This document shows, piece after piece, positions 45,696 to 55,600 of a stretch of 64,000 bases of DNA. Source of the stretch: Verrucomicrobia bacterium UBA3841 (GTDB lineage: Bacteria; Verrucomicrobiota; Kiritimatiellia; RFP12; UBA1067). Every line of letters starts with the position of its first letter. Within the stretch, counting starts at the first letter, position 1. The position numbers and the translations under genes are program-made. The DNA is taken from contig DGHT01000036.1 of NCBI GenBank assembly GCA_002392765.1, forward strand, positions 2,870 through 66,869, in the 5' to 3' direction. Under the pieces are notes generated by a model that made no database searches, was not told where the DNA came from, and saw only the letters and a program-made list of their open reading frames with translations.

Positions 45696-48367
45696 GAAGG
45701 AAAATCACTGTGGCGGCTTGCGCGTTCGCGGCGGTGGTCGCGCTTGCGGCGGTCGCAAAGACGGTGGACTTCCCGATTCCGGACGCTGTCCGGAGCTGGG
45801 ACATCCCGGAACGGGCCACGAACGGCGTTAAGGCCGTGTGGATCGAGAATGTGCCGTGGCACGGCAAGCCCACGCGTTTCTTCGCCTACTATTCTCTGCC
45901 CGAAGGCGCGACGGCGGAGAAGAAGGTGCCGGGCATCGTGCTCGTGCACGGCGGATACGGAACGGCCTTCCACACATGGGTGAAGCTGTGGAACGACCGC
46001 GGATATGCCGCGATCGCGATGGACAATTGCGGCGGCATCCCCGGAGAGAAGAACCACACGGCTGAACACCCGCGGCACGAGTGGTCCGGGCCAAACGGCT
46101 GGGGACGCTATGAGGAGGAGACTCTGCCGCCGGAGGAGCAGTGGGTATATCACGCGATCGAATGCGTCATCCGCTCGCATACGTTCCTGAGGAATCTCCC
46201 CGAAGTCGATGCATCGAGGATCGGCGTGACCGGAATATCGTGGGGCGGTTTCCTCACGTCGATCGCCTGCGGTGCTGATCCGCGCTTTGCGTTCGCCGTG
46301 CCCGTCTACGGATGCGGAAACCTGCGGCGGCATTCAGTCTTCGCGCCGGAAATCGGCGAGCTGTGGGAGTCGCTCTGGAATCCAGTCGAATACGCGAAGA
46401 ACTGCCGCATGCCGACGCTTTGGTGCACCGGGACGAACGATTATTTCTTCCCGCTCGATTCGTTCGAGGAGACTGCGTTTGCCGCAGGGAATCCTCTTTT
46501 CTCCATCAAACTCCGCATGAAGCACGGGCATCCGCCGGAGGGCGATCCGCCGGAAATTGCGGCTTTTGCCGATTCAATCGTGAAGGGCGCGCCGAAGTTG
46601 ACCGACCGCAAGATCGCGCGCCGCGAGTGGCTGTATACCGAATCCGCCAATCCAGTATGGAAGGACAGACCTTTCGAGGTTTCCGCAGAAGCACCGCAGA
46701 ATTGGACGATACGCTTCGAGAACGCCATCACCGAAGACGGGCTGATCCTCTCATCCCCGCCGGAATTCCAGACGGCGACGCTTGACGCCAAGGGCGTTGT
46801 CGTCAACGGGGCGACCATCCGCGAGACCGAGCGGCGCGTTTTTGCCGACGGAATGGCGATGCGGTACGTTCTGCCGGAAGGCGAGAGGCGAGTGGAACGC
46901 GAAGAAACGGTCTGGACGCTTCCTGCCGACGCGAAGGTGTGGTATCAGGAATACGGCATGGACTATGAAAAGCCGTATTGCTCCTCGCTCGTGAGCGAGA
47001 TTCCCGTCGGCACTGTGATGGATTTCCCCGTGACGGCGAAGCTCGCGGACGGGACATATCGCCTGATTACCGAGGCGAATGTGGTCGGCTACACCGATTC
47101 CGCCGCGAAGTATATTGGCGATGGACGCTTCGGTGTATTCTACGTGAACGACCCGGACGGGTTCGACCAGAAGGGCGCGGATACGACGCCCTGGCGCGTG
47201 ATGCTTGTCGCCAAGGATTTGCAGACGCTTGCGACGAGCGACATTGTGCGGCGGCTTTGCCCCGCGCCGTCCGCAGCGGTTGCGGCGAAGGCGGCGAAGT
47301 TCGTCCGCCCCGGCCGCGCCGTCTGGCAGTGGCTGCCGGCGGGTGCGCCCAAGTATGGAGAACAGAAGGAGTGGTACGACAGGACGAAGGCGCTGGGCTT
47401 CGAGTATTACCTTATCGACGACGGCTGGCGCGATTGGCGCGATGGCGACATGGACCAGTGGGCGTGCCTCAAGAAGAGGATCGACTATGGGAAGTCCATC
47501 GGAGTTGAGACTTTCATGTGGGTCGACTCCAAGGAAATGCGCAATGCCGAAACTCGCCGCGGGTATCTTGCGAAGGTTAAGGCGTCGGGTGCGGTAGGCA
47601 TAAAGATTGATTTCCATCCCGCGCCTTCCTGCGAGCAGATGGCATGGTATGAGGAGGCCCTTGCGGACACCCTCGAATTCGGCCTCATGACTGATTACCA
47701 CGGCTGCGTAAAGCCGTCCGGTCGCGAGAAGACGTGGCCGCACGAGGTCGCGCGCGAGGCGATCCGCGGACACGAATGGCACATTACGCGCTACAAGAGA
47801 GTGCTTCCGCCGGAACACGACTGCATCCTGCCTTTCAATCGTCTCGTTCAAGGACACGCCGACTACACGCCGGTAGTCTTCGAGGAGAAAGAGCTTGCCG
47901 GATATACGCGGGCGAGGGAGCTTGCCCAGGGAATAATCTTCTCCGCGCCGTTCCTCTGCCTCGGCGACTATCCGCAGAACTACCTCGAAAGTCCTGCGGC
48001 TGAAGTCGTAAAGGCGCTGAAGCCGATCTATGACGAGACGATTATCCTTCCCGGCTCGGAGATTGGCGAATGCGTTGCGGTCGCAAAGCGCAAGGACGAG
48101 AAGTGGTTCATTGCAATCGAAAACGGCGCAGAGGACCGCAGCCTTGAAATCCCGCTTTCGTTCCTTCAGTCCGGCAAGTGGCGGATGAAGAAGTTCGCCG
48201 ACGCCGAAGACTCCAATATCGAATTCGACATTTCGGAATGCACCGTCTCGCCATCCGATACGCTGAAGCTCGCACTCCGCGCCAAAGGCGGGTTTGTGGC
48301 CGTCATTGAACCTGAACTCGACTGGGCTAAGCGCGAGAAGGCGAAGTTCATGCATCGCTACGGATAA
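45692..48367 (+). CDS. Bifunctional-looking protein: N-terminal alpha/beta-hydrolase esterase (acetyl-xylan-esterase-like) fused to a C-terminal DDGW-type TIM-barrel alpha-glycosidase-like domain (GH97/GH27/GH36-like)
   Basis: Signal peptide. GISWGG nucleophile elbow. C-terminal half with GFEYYLIDDGW and GIKIDF blocks. Confidence 0.5.
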   Translation: MRRKITVAACAFAAVVALAAVAKTVDFPIPDAVRSWDIPERATNGVKAVWIENVPWHGKPTRFFAYYSLPEGATAEKKVPGIVLVHGGYGTAFHTWVKLWNDRGYAAIAMDNCGGIPGEKNHTAEHPRHEWSGPNGWGRYEEETLPPEEQWVYHAIECVIRSHTFLRNLPEVDASRIGVTGISWGGFLTSIACGADPRFAFAVPVYGCGNLRRHSVFAPEIGELWESLWNPVEYAKNCRMPTLWCTGTNDYFFPLDSFEETAFAAGNPLFSIKLRMKHGHPPEGDPPEIAAFADSIVKGAPKLTDRKIARREWLYTESANPVWKDRPFEVSAEAPQNWTIRFENAITEDGLILSSPPEFQTATLDAKGVVVNGATIRETERRVFADGMAMRYVLPEGERRVEREETVWTLPADAKVWYQEYGMDYEKPYCSSLVSEIPVGTVMDFPVTAKLADGTYRLITEANVVGYTDSAAKYIGDGRFGVFYVNDPDGFDQKGADTTPWRVMLVAKDLQTLATSDIVRRLCPAPSAAVAAKAAKFVRPGRAVWQWLPAGAPKYGEQKEWYDRTKALGFEYYLIDDGWRDWRDGDMDQWACLKKRIDYGKSIGVETFMWVDSKEMRNAETRRGYLAKVKASGAVGIKIDFHPAPSCEQMAWYEEALADTLEFGLMTDYHGCVKPSGREKTWPHEVAREAIRGHEWHITRYKRVLPPEHDCILPFNRLVQGHADYTPVVFEEKELAGYTRARELAQGIIFSAPFLCLGDYPQNYLESPAAEVVKALKPIYDETIILPGSEIGECVAVAKRKDEKWFIAIENGAEDRSLEIPLSFLQSGKWRMKKFADAEDSNIEFDISECTVSPSDTLKLALRAKGGFVAVIEPELDWAKREKAKFMHRYG

Positions 48368-48568
48368 TACGAATGCAGCTGCCGCCGCAAGAGACGAGTT
48401 CCTCGTGGACTACGTACGCGTCTACGATCTGGTGCGATAGAAAGAAATATGGAAATGTGCAAATATCCAGTATCCATTATCCAATGATGGCGGGGCAAAT
48501 TGGATATTGGCTGTTGGCTGTTGGATATTTTCACATTTCTACATTAAACAAATGCGTTCACAATTGAC

Positions 48569-50407
48569 ATGAAGAAGAATTGCATGTTTATCGCCTTGGC
48601 GCTGCCGGTCGCATGCGCGTTCGCTCTAATGCAGGAGAACGCGCCTGGCCTTTCTTCCGCATGGCTTTATCCACAGATGGACATGGAGCTTTTCCGCGTC
48701 CATCAAATGCGGGACGATGTCCGGCGCGCGGGTCTCTACGCCTATCATCCGGGCGTGTTGCCGCCGTTGCGCGACAGGGCGGAGTTTCGCCGCGTGTGCG
48801 CCGAAGACGACCCGCTGCCTGAGGCGTTCCGCAGAATTTCCGAAACGCACTACGATGCCGCCGAGGGACGCCGTTATGTGACGGTCGACGGCGGATTGAT
48901 GGGCGGCGGGGCGATCCGTTCTGCGGAGACGAACTGGGAGGCGCGGGTCTTTGACGGTAGCTGGCGTCCGGTCGCCGCGTATCCAGACGCGCCGGTGCCT
49001 CCGCACCGCGAGCGGCTGCCGGAGGACCGTTCCTTCTCCGGGCTTGTGGCGACGAACGGCTGGTACGATGCGCTCGCGGAGCAATTCGCGTACATCGAGT
49101 GTCGGGCCAATGCAGAGCCGAGGCTCTTCGTCGGCGAGTCCATCCCCGAGATGCTGGCGGAAAAGCCGGAGGATTTCGAGTATGACGCGACGATGGACGA
49201 AGTGTCGGACGACTGCTGGCGGACGCGTCATGCGCTTGCATTCCGGTATCTGCGCTTTGCATCCGACGTGACGAACGTCAAAGTCGTGCCTGTCGGACGG
49301 CGGCGTCCCGTGAAGGGCCGGATCGTTACGGACAACGCCCGATGGCGGAAGATGGCCGAAGTCGGCGAACGGACGCTGGCGCTGTGCTCGAACGACTTCT
49401 TGGTGGACGGCATCAAGCGCGACCGCCTGCCGTGGGGAGGCGATTTGACCGTGTCTCTCATGGCGGATGCATACGTCTATGGCGACGCGGAAATTGCGCG
49501 GCGGACGCTCTCGGTCATGGACGCCTACGAAGGCGATGTCAATGGAATCGTAACGTATTCGATGTGGACGGTTGTCTCGCACGACCTCTACCAGCTTTAT
49601 TTCGGGGATGCGCAGTTTCTCCGGGACCGCTGGTGGCGGATCAAGGCGCGCATCGGCGACCTTATGTCCCGCACGGACGAGACCGGTTTTGTCGTGCGCG
49701 GTCTCGATTGGGTCTTTATCGACTGGGCGAAGCCGAAGTCCAATACGGCGCTGCAGGCGATATGGTATGGATCGTTGCAGGCGGCGGCGCGACTGGCGGA
49801 CCGCGTAGGCGATCCGCAGGCGGACGACTACCGCGCATTGGCCGCAAAGGTCCGCGAGAGCCTGAACAATCTTGCGTGGGACGAGGCGCGCGGTCTCTAC
49901 AGGGCCGACCCTACGGATGCGGCGGTTTTCGGCCGGCAGGCGAACATCTTTGCGGTGGTCTTCGGCGTGGCCGACGACCGTCAGTCGGCCCTGATCGGCG
50001 ACGAGCTTGCCCAGGGTCGTCTGCCGCCTGTCGGGACGCCCTACGTCTTCGGCTGGGAATTGGTGGCGCTGGCGCGGACGGGACATGCAGACGCATTTTT
50101 CTTGGGACTCGAGCGGATATTCGGCGGCATGCTCGACAATGGCGCGACGACGTATTGGGAAAGCTACGACCCGAACGAGACTGGTGATGGGCGATACGCA
50201 TTCTACGGACGGCCGTGGGCGAAGAGCCTTTGTCACGTCTGGAGCGCATGGCCGGCATTCATCTTCGTTTCGGAAGGTCTGGGCATCCGGCCTACCGCCG
50301 ACGGCTGGCGAACATGGTCGCATCGACCCTTGCCAGGTTGCGGGAACTTGAAAGCTGAGATTCCAACGCCGGACGGGATTCTTCGTTTGGGCGGAGCGAG
50401 TAACTGA
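48569..50407 (+). CDS. Alpha-L-rhamnosidase-like GH78 (alpha/alpha)6-barrel enzyme
   Basis: DGIKRDRLPWGGDLTVS block characteristic of GH78. Six-hairpin region. TTYWESY near the C-terminus. Signal peptide. Confidence 0.65.
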   Translation: MKKNCMFIALALPVACAFALMQENAPGLSSAWLYPQMDMELFRVHQMRDDVRRAGLYAYHPGVLPPLRDRAEFRRVCAEDDPLPEAFRRISETHYDAAEGRRYVTVDGGLMGGGAIRSAETNWEARVFDGSWRPVAAYPDAPVPPHRERLPEDRSFSGLVATNGWYDALAEQFAYIECRANAEPRLFVGESIPEMLAEKPEDFEYDATMDEVSDDCWRTRHALAFRYLRFASDVTNVKVVPVGRRRPVKGRIVTDNARWRKMAEVGERTLALCSNDFLVDGIKRDRLPWGGDLTVSLMADAYVYGDAEIARRTLSVMDAYEGDVNGIVTYSMWTVVSHDLYQLYFGDAQFLRDRWWRIKARIGDLMSRTDETGFVVRGLDWVFIDWAKPKSNTALQAIWYGSLQAAARLADRVGDPQADDYRALAAKVRESLNNLAWDEARGLYRADPTDAAVFGRQANIFAVVFGVADDRQSALIGDELAQGRLPPVGTPYVFGWELVALARTGHADAFFLGLERIFGGMLDNGATTYWESYDPNETGDGRYAFYGRPWAKSLCHVWSAWPAFIFVSEGLGIRPTADGWRTWSHRPLPGCGNLKAEIPTPDGILRLGGASN

Positions 50408-50426
50408 AGAAGGGGGTGCATCGTAA

Positions 50427-51209
50427 ATGAGAACTATATGTGAAGCAACTCTATCAGCAATGCTTTTGACGGTTTTCTGCGGCGGAACTTTTGGCTTGGA
50501 GCATTGTCATCCGGTCGGCGAACGGGGAACTGGGAACGGGGAATTGACGGTGTCGCCTGGCGGGATGTCTCCGAGGGAAGCACTTCTCGCAATCCGCGCG
50601 GCGAAGGCGAAAGGGAATACCGGCGCATGGACTGTCCGTGTGGAACGCGGAGCCTATTTCCTCGCAGAGCCGCTTGTTTTCACGCCAGCGGATTCCGGAA
50701 CGCCCGAAGCGCCTGTACGCTGGGTCGGCGAAGACGGCAAGGCGGCGTTCGTCGGCGGGGAGCGGGTCAAAGGATGGCGAGACGAGGGCAATGGCTTGTG
50801 GTCGGCACCTGTTCCGAAGGATGCGGAAGGGAATCCAGTATGGTTCGAGCAGCTGTGGGTAAACGGACGCCGTGCGGAGCGTGCCCGCGCGCCGAACGCT
50901 GTTCCGGACGATCCAGCCGCTGGCTGTATGAAGCTCTGCGAAGCGACGGAGAGCGTTGTCACGAATGCGGTGGACGGGTCGGTGGCGTACATCCAGCGCA
51001 TCGCTTCCACCAATGCGGCGATGTCCAAGTTGGAGAACACCCTCCCCGCGCCGCTCAAAGCCGCATACGACGGTCTGGAAGTGGAATTTTCAGCCGCCGG
51101 GACGGCGGCTTTCCCAGTCAATAACGGGCGAGACGCCACCCCTGCTAGGGCATCGCGAACGCGACTCGCCTTCGGCTCGGGGGATATGTTCCCCCAGTGT
51201 GGTCCCTAA
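50427..51209 (+). pseudogene. Truncated parallel beta-helix enzyme gene (first ~200 codons) fused to a duplicated 3' end of the MBL gene; chimeric remnant
   Basis: N-terminal cap similar to the 37835 protein (SPGG...AWTVRVERGAYFLAEPLVFTPADSGTPEAPVRWVG...VKGW). From about 51031 the sequence is a copy of 28614-28679 (ENTLPAPLKAAYDGLEVEF), then reads into repeat A2. Confidence 0.6.
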
Positions 51210-51285
51210 CTGGGAAAGCACCCCTGCCAGGGCATCCGCGTTGCGGACAACCTTCGGTTGGGGAATATGGTATCCTGCTGGCGAT
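51091..51285. repeat. GC-rich repeat element A copy 2 (a partial third copy lies at 51480-51550)
   Basis: Matches the reverse complement of 27437-27610. Interrupts the duplicated segment relative to 28614-28876. Confidence 0.6.
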
Positions 51286-51339
51286 ATCAAGGAGATGCGG
51301 CATCCTGCCGCGTCCCTTTGCAAAACCGGCTTGTTTGTC

Positions 51340-51412
51340 TCACGCAAAGTACGCAAAGTTCGCAAAGCAACCATAGAAAAGAAACTTTGCGCGCTTCGCG
51401 AACTTGGCGTGA
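51340..51412. repeat. Palindromic element B copy 4 (identical to copy 1; part of the segmental duplication)
   Basis: Identical arms and spacer to 28753-28825. Confidence 0.7.
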
Positions 51413-51605
51413 AATATATTCGGATGGCAAATACCTCTAATGACAACAATCCCACAATCTCATAATTTCATAAACGAGCGGGACGGTCGGCTTTCCCAGT
51501 TACCTCTTTCCTCGCAACGGGCGAGACGCCCGTTCCCCCAGTTATTCACGGAGCGGGACCTTACAACTCCTTGGAAGCCGCAATTTCACATTTTACACTT
51601 TATTT

Positions 51606-51614
51606 GTGGTATAA
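51606..51614 (+). promoter_or_regulatory. Extended -10 TGGTATAAT upstream of rbsK (Shine-Dalgarno AAAGGAGG at 51666)
   Basis: Direct read. Confidence 0.4.
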
Positions 51615-51682
51615 TATAATGTGGAAGCGCACGTATTCGCGTTCGTCGCGCTGTAGACGGCTTGAAAGGAGGAATCAAGACA

Positions 51683-52612
51683 ATGACGAAACCATCGAAG
51701 AAAATCGTAGTGCTGGGTTCGACCAACACAGACATGGTGATCGCCGGCAAGCGCATCCCCGTTCCGGGCGAGACAGTGAGCGGCGGAAAATTCATGATGA
51801 ACCCGGGCGGCAAGGGAGCAAACCAGGCCGTCGCCGTTGCGCGGCTCTCGGCGAAGCGCGGACAGTGTACGTTCATCGCAAAAGTCGGTGACGACATCTT
51901 CGGCCGCGAGACTGCGGCAAGGATGAAGAAGGACGGCATAGCGGCGCATCTCGTCATCGACCGCAAGGAGCAGTCGGGTACGGCGCTCATACTCGTTGAC
52001 GCGAAGGGGCAGAACGTAATATCCGTCGCGCTCGGCGCCAACGGCACGCTTTCGCCGAAAGACGTAGAGCCGTTCAGGAAGGATATAGAGGGCGCGGCGG
52101 CGCTCGTCATGCAGCTTGAGACCCCTGTCGAGACGGTCTTGTGGGCGGCGAAGGTCGCGCACGACAAAGGCGTGACGGTGATACTGAACCCGGCCCCGGC
52201 GGGGAAACTTCCGAAGTCGCTCTATCCGCTCGTGGACTGGATCACGCCGAACGAGACCGAGGCGGAGCTGCTGACCGGCGTGAAGGTGTCAGATGCCGCG
52301 AGCGCGGCCAAGGCGGTGAAAGTCCTGAAGAAGCGCGGCGTCGGGCATGTCGTCATCACCATGGGCACGAAAGGCTGCTGGTGCGGCGATTGCGGAAAGC
52401 TGTTTCCAGCTCTCAAGGTGAAGGCGGTCGACTGCGTTGCGGCCGGGGACACGTTCAACGGCGCGTTTTCCGTCGCGCTCGCGGAAGGCAAGTCGTGTGC
52501 GGAGGCGATAGATTTCGCGCAGAAAGCCGCAGCGATCGCCGTCACCCGCCCGGGGGCTCAGTCGTCCGTGCCGTACCGGAAGGAAATTGTTAAATTGAGG
52601 GAACAGGGATGA
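51683..52612 (+). CDS. rbsK: Ribokinase (PfkB family)
   Basis: VVLGSTNTDMV, GGKGANQAVA and AAGDTFNGAF ribokinase signatures. Strong Shine-Dalgarno AAAGGAGG. Confidence 0.8.
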   Translation: MTKPSKKIVVLGSTNTDMVIAGKRIPVPGETVSGGKFMMNPGGKGANQAVAVARLSAKRGQCTFIAKVGDDIFGRETAARMKKDGIAAHLVIDRKEQSGTALILVDAKGQNVISVALGANGTLSPKDVEPFRKDIEGAAALVMQLETPVETVLWAAKVAHDKGVTVILNPAPAGKLPKSLYPLVDWITPNETEAELLTGVKVSDAASAAKAVKVLKKRGVGHVVITMGTKGCWCGDCGKLFPALKVKAVDCVAAGDTFNGAFSVALAEGKSCAEAIDFAQKAAAIAVTRPGAQSSVPYRKEIVKLREQG

Positions 52613-52652
52613 GGGAACAGGGATAAAGTGTAAAATGTAAAGAGTAAAATAT

Positions 52653-55600
52653 ATGAAGAAAACAATTGTCGCGCTTGCATGCGCCATGTCCACGTGGGTC
52701 GCTGCTTCCGAGCCGGTCAAAGTCATTTTCGACACCGATATGATTACCGACTTCGACGATGTCGGCGCGCTCGCGTGCCTGCACGCGCTCGCCGACGCTG
52801 GCGAGTGCGAGATACTCGCTACGGTCAGCGCGACGCGCGGCAATGCGTCGGTAGGCGCGATCGAGGTGATCAACCGCTACTACGGGCGCGGCGATCTGCC
52901 TGTTGGAGCGCCGAAGGGCATGGGGGTGATCGGCGAAAAAGCCGGCGCGACGGAGAAGGTCCGCCCGGACGCGCCGCTCGGAGAACGGACCGGCAACGAC
53001 GGCGGCCACTACAAGTACCGAAAGCTGCTCCAGGACTATCCAGGGTGGTACCGGTACGCCGATGCCGACGACGCGCCCGACGCGAATGAAGTCTATCGCC
53101 GCGTTCTCGCCGCGCAGCCGGATCGCAGCGTGACGATATGTTCCGTTGGCTTTCTCACGAACCTGCGCAGACTTCTCGAAACGGAGCCGGACGCGATTTC
53201 GCCGCTCAGCGGCAGGGAACTTGTCGAGCGGAAAGTCAGGCTCTGGGTCGCCATGGCATGTAAATATCCGACAGGCAAGGAATACAATTCGAAATGGGAT
53301 GCCGAATCCTCGCGCATCGTACTGGAGAGCTGGCCGACGCCAGCCGTATTCACCGATTTCGAATATGGCAAAGACTGCTTTGCGGGACGGGCGATCGCTG
53401 AGACGCCAGACCCCGGTCCGGGGCGCAATCCCGTCCGCGACGTGTTCGCAGGCAACATCCCATCGCGCGATGAGATTGCAAGCGACCCGGCAAAATGGCT
53501 CCGCCGCTCGTTCGGCGCCGGCGGGCGCAGCGCATGGGACGAGACGGCGGTGCTGATAGCGGTGCGCGGCACGGAGCCGTATTTCAACGTTGAACGCGGC
53601 GCATACCGCATGGTCGGCGACGACGGCACGGACGAGTGGGTCCCCGACGCGCAGCGCGGTCCTCATCTCCGCGTCACGGAAAAGCTGTCCAAGGCGAAAG
53701 TCGCCGCCGTTATCGACGATCTGATCCTGCGCGGACCGCGCGAGGGCGCGTCTCCCCGGGCGTCTGACGAGGCGCAGCCGGCGATATCGCAGGCTGCGGC
53801 GGCGGATGTCGCCTCTCTTCGCCAGGCGGTGTGGAACGAGGCGAGCGACGGCGGCTCGTTTTCCGTGACATGCACTGTCACCGCCGTGATACATGCGGAT
53901 CAGCGGCATACTTCCTATTGGGTGGCGGACGATACGGGCTACGGATACATGCGCGCGACAAATTCCCTCGATGTCGCGCCGGGCGACCGCATTGTCGCGC
54001 AAGGGCATATCGGGATGGACGGCTTCGACTGGCGGCGGGCGTTCATGGAAGGCGCGGTGCGGCTTGGCCGCGGCGAAGTTCCCCCGCCGGTGCCTGTGTC
54101 GCCCGAGCAACTCGGCGACGAGTCTTTTGACGGACGGATCGTCATCATGAGGGGTATCGTGACCGACATAGTCCACGATGAAATCGATCCCGCCTGGCGC
54201 TTCCTCCTGATGCGTACCGGCTCCGCGCCGTTTTTCGCGGCGGTCTGTTCGGACGACGACGAGGCGTTCGGACGGCTGCTCGGCGCGGAGATTGCGGCCA
54301 AAGGCGTGGCGACCGTCCTGCCGGACGGCGGCAAGCGGAAGTTCCAGACGCCGCAGCTCACGGTCGCGGGCGTGGACGACATCACCGTGGAAACGCCCCC
54401 GGCGGAGGATCCGCTGGACGCCCCTCGCATTCCGTCCTATCCGCAGAAGACCCTCGAGGGACTGCGCTACAAGTCGGTGTCGGCGCTTTCGCGGATGGGC
54501 ATGAGAAGCGTCGTCGGAAATATCATAGCCGTGTACGACGGCGCCAGGCGGATGCTGCTGAAGACGTCCGACGGGCAGATAGTCGGCGCGCATCTGCGAA
54601 AGCCGACCGACATGGAATTCGGGGATTGCGTCGCGGTGGCGGGCTTCCCCGAGACCGACCTTTTCATCATCACTCTCGACAAAGCGATATGCCGCCGCGA
54701 GCCGGGGGATCGTATCGCGTACGACCCGCCGCAAACGCTTCCTGAGAATTTCGCGATGGAGGTTGTCCTGCGCGACATCTGCGCGCATGGCGGCGCCGTG
54801 CGGATACGCGGGCGCGTCGACGAAATGGATGTCGACGGGAGGGCGTTCGAAGTGCGGCACGGCGGACACTTGATACGCGTCGACTTCGGCGCAGTCGCGC
54901 CGCATGTGGATGCGGTTGAACCCGGCAGTCTCGTCGAAGTCGCCGGCACTTGCGTTCGCAACACGAGCGCCGATGCATCCGGCGGCTTTACGCGTACGGC
55001 GGGATTCACCGTCGTCCCCCGGACTCCGGAGGATATGCGGATTGTCGCCGGGCCCCCGTGGTGGACGGTAGGGCGGATGCTCGCGGTCGTCCTGGTCCTC
55101 GCCGCGGCGCTCGCGCTCGCGGCTGCCTGGAACATCACTCTGCGCCGTCTCGCGGAACGCCGCGGAAGGCTTCTTTACAAGTCGAAACTGGAATCCGCCG
55201 CCGCCGATCTCCGGGTGGAGGAACGCACACGCCTCGCCGTGGAACTGCACGACTCGATAGCGCAGACTCTCACCGGCGTTTCTTTCCAGATCGACGCAGC
55301 GGAGCGGACTTTGCCCCGGGATGCGGCAGAACCGGCCGGCTACATAGACGCCGCGCGGAAGGCGCTCCTTTCGTGCCGCGAGGAGCTGAGACGCTGCCTG
55401 TGGGACCTCAGGAGCGAAACGCTCGCCGAACCTGATCTCCAGAATGCGATAGAGAAGACGGTCAGACCGCATATCGGCGGCACGGACGTGACGATACGAT
55501 TCCATGCAAGCCGCCGCCTCATCCCGGATGTCATTGCGCACAACGTGCTTTCGATCATCCGCGAACTTTGCGTAAACGCGGTGAAGCACGGCAGCGCGCG

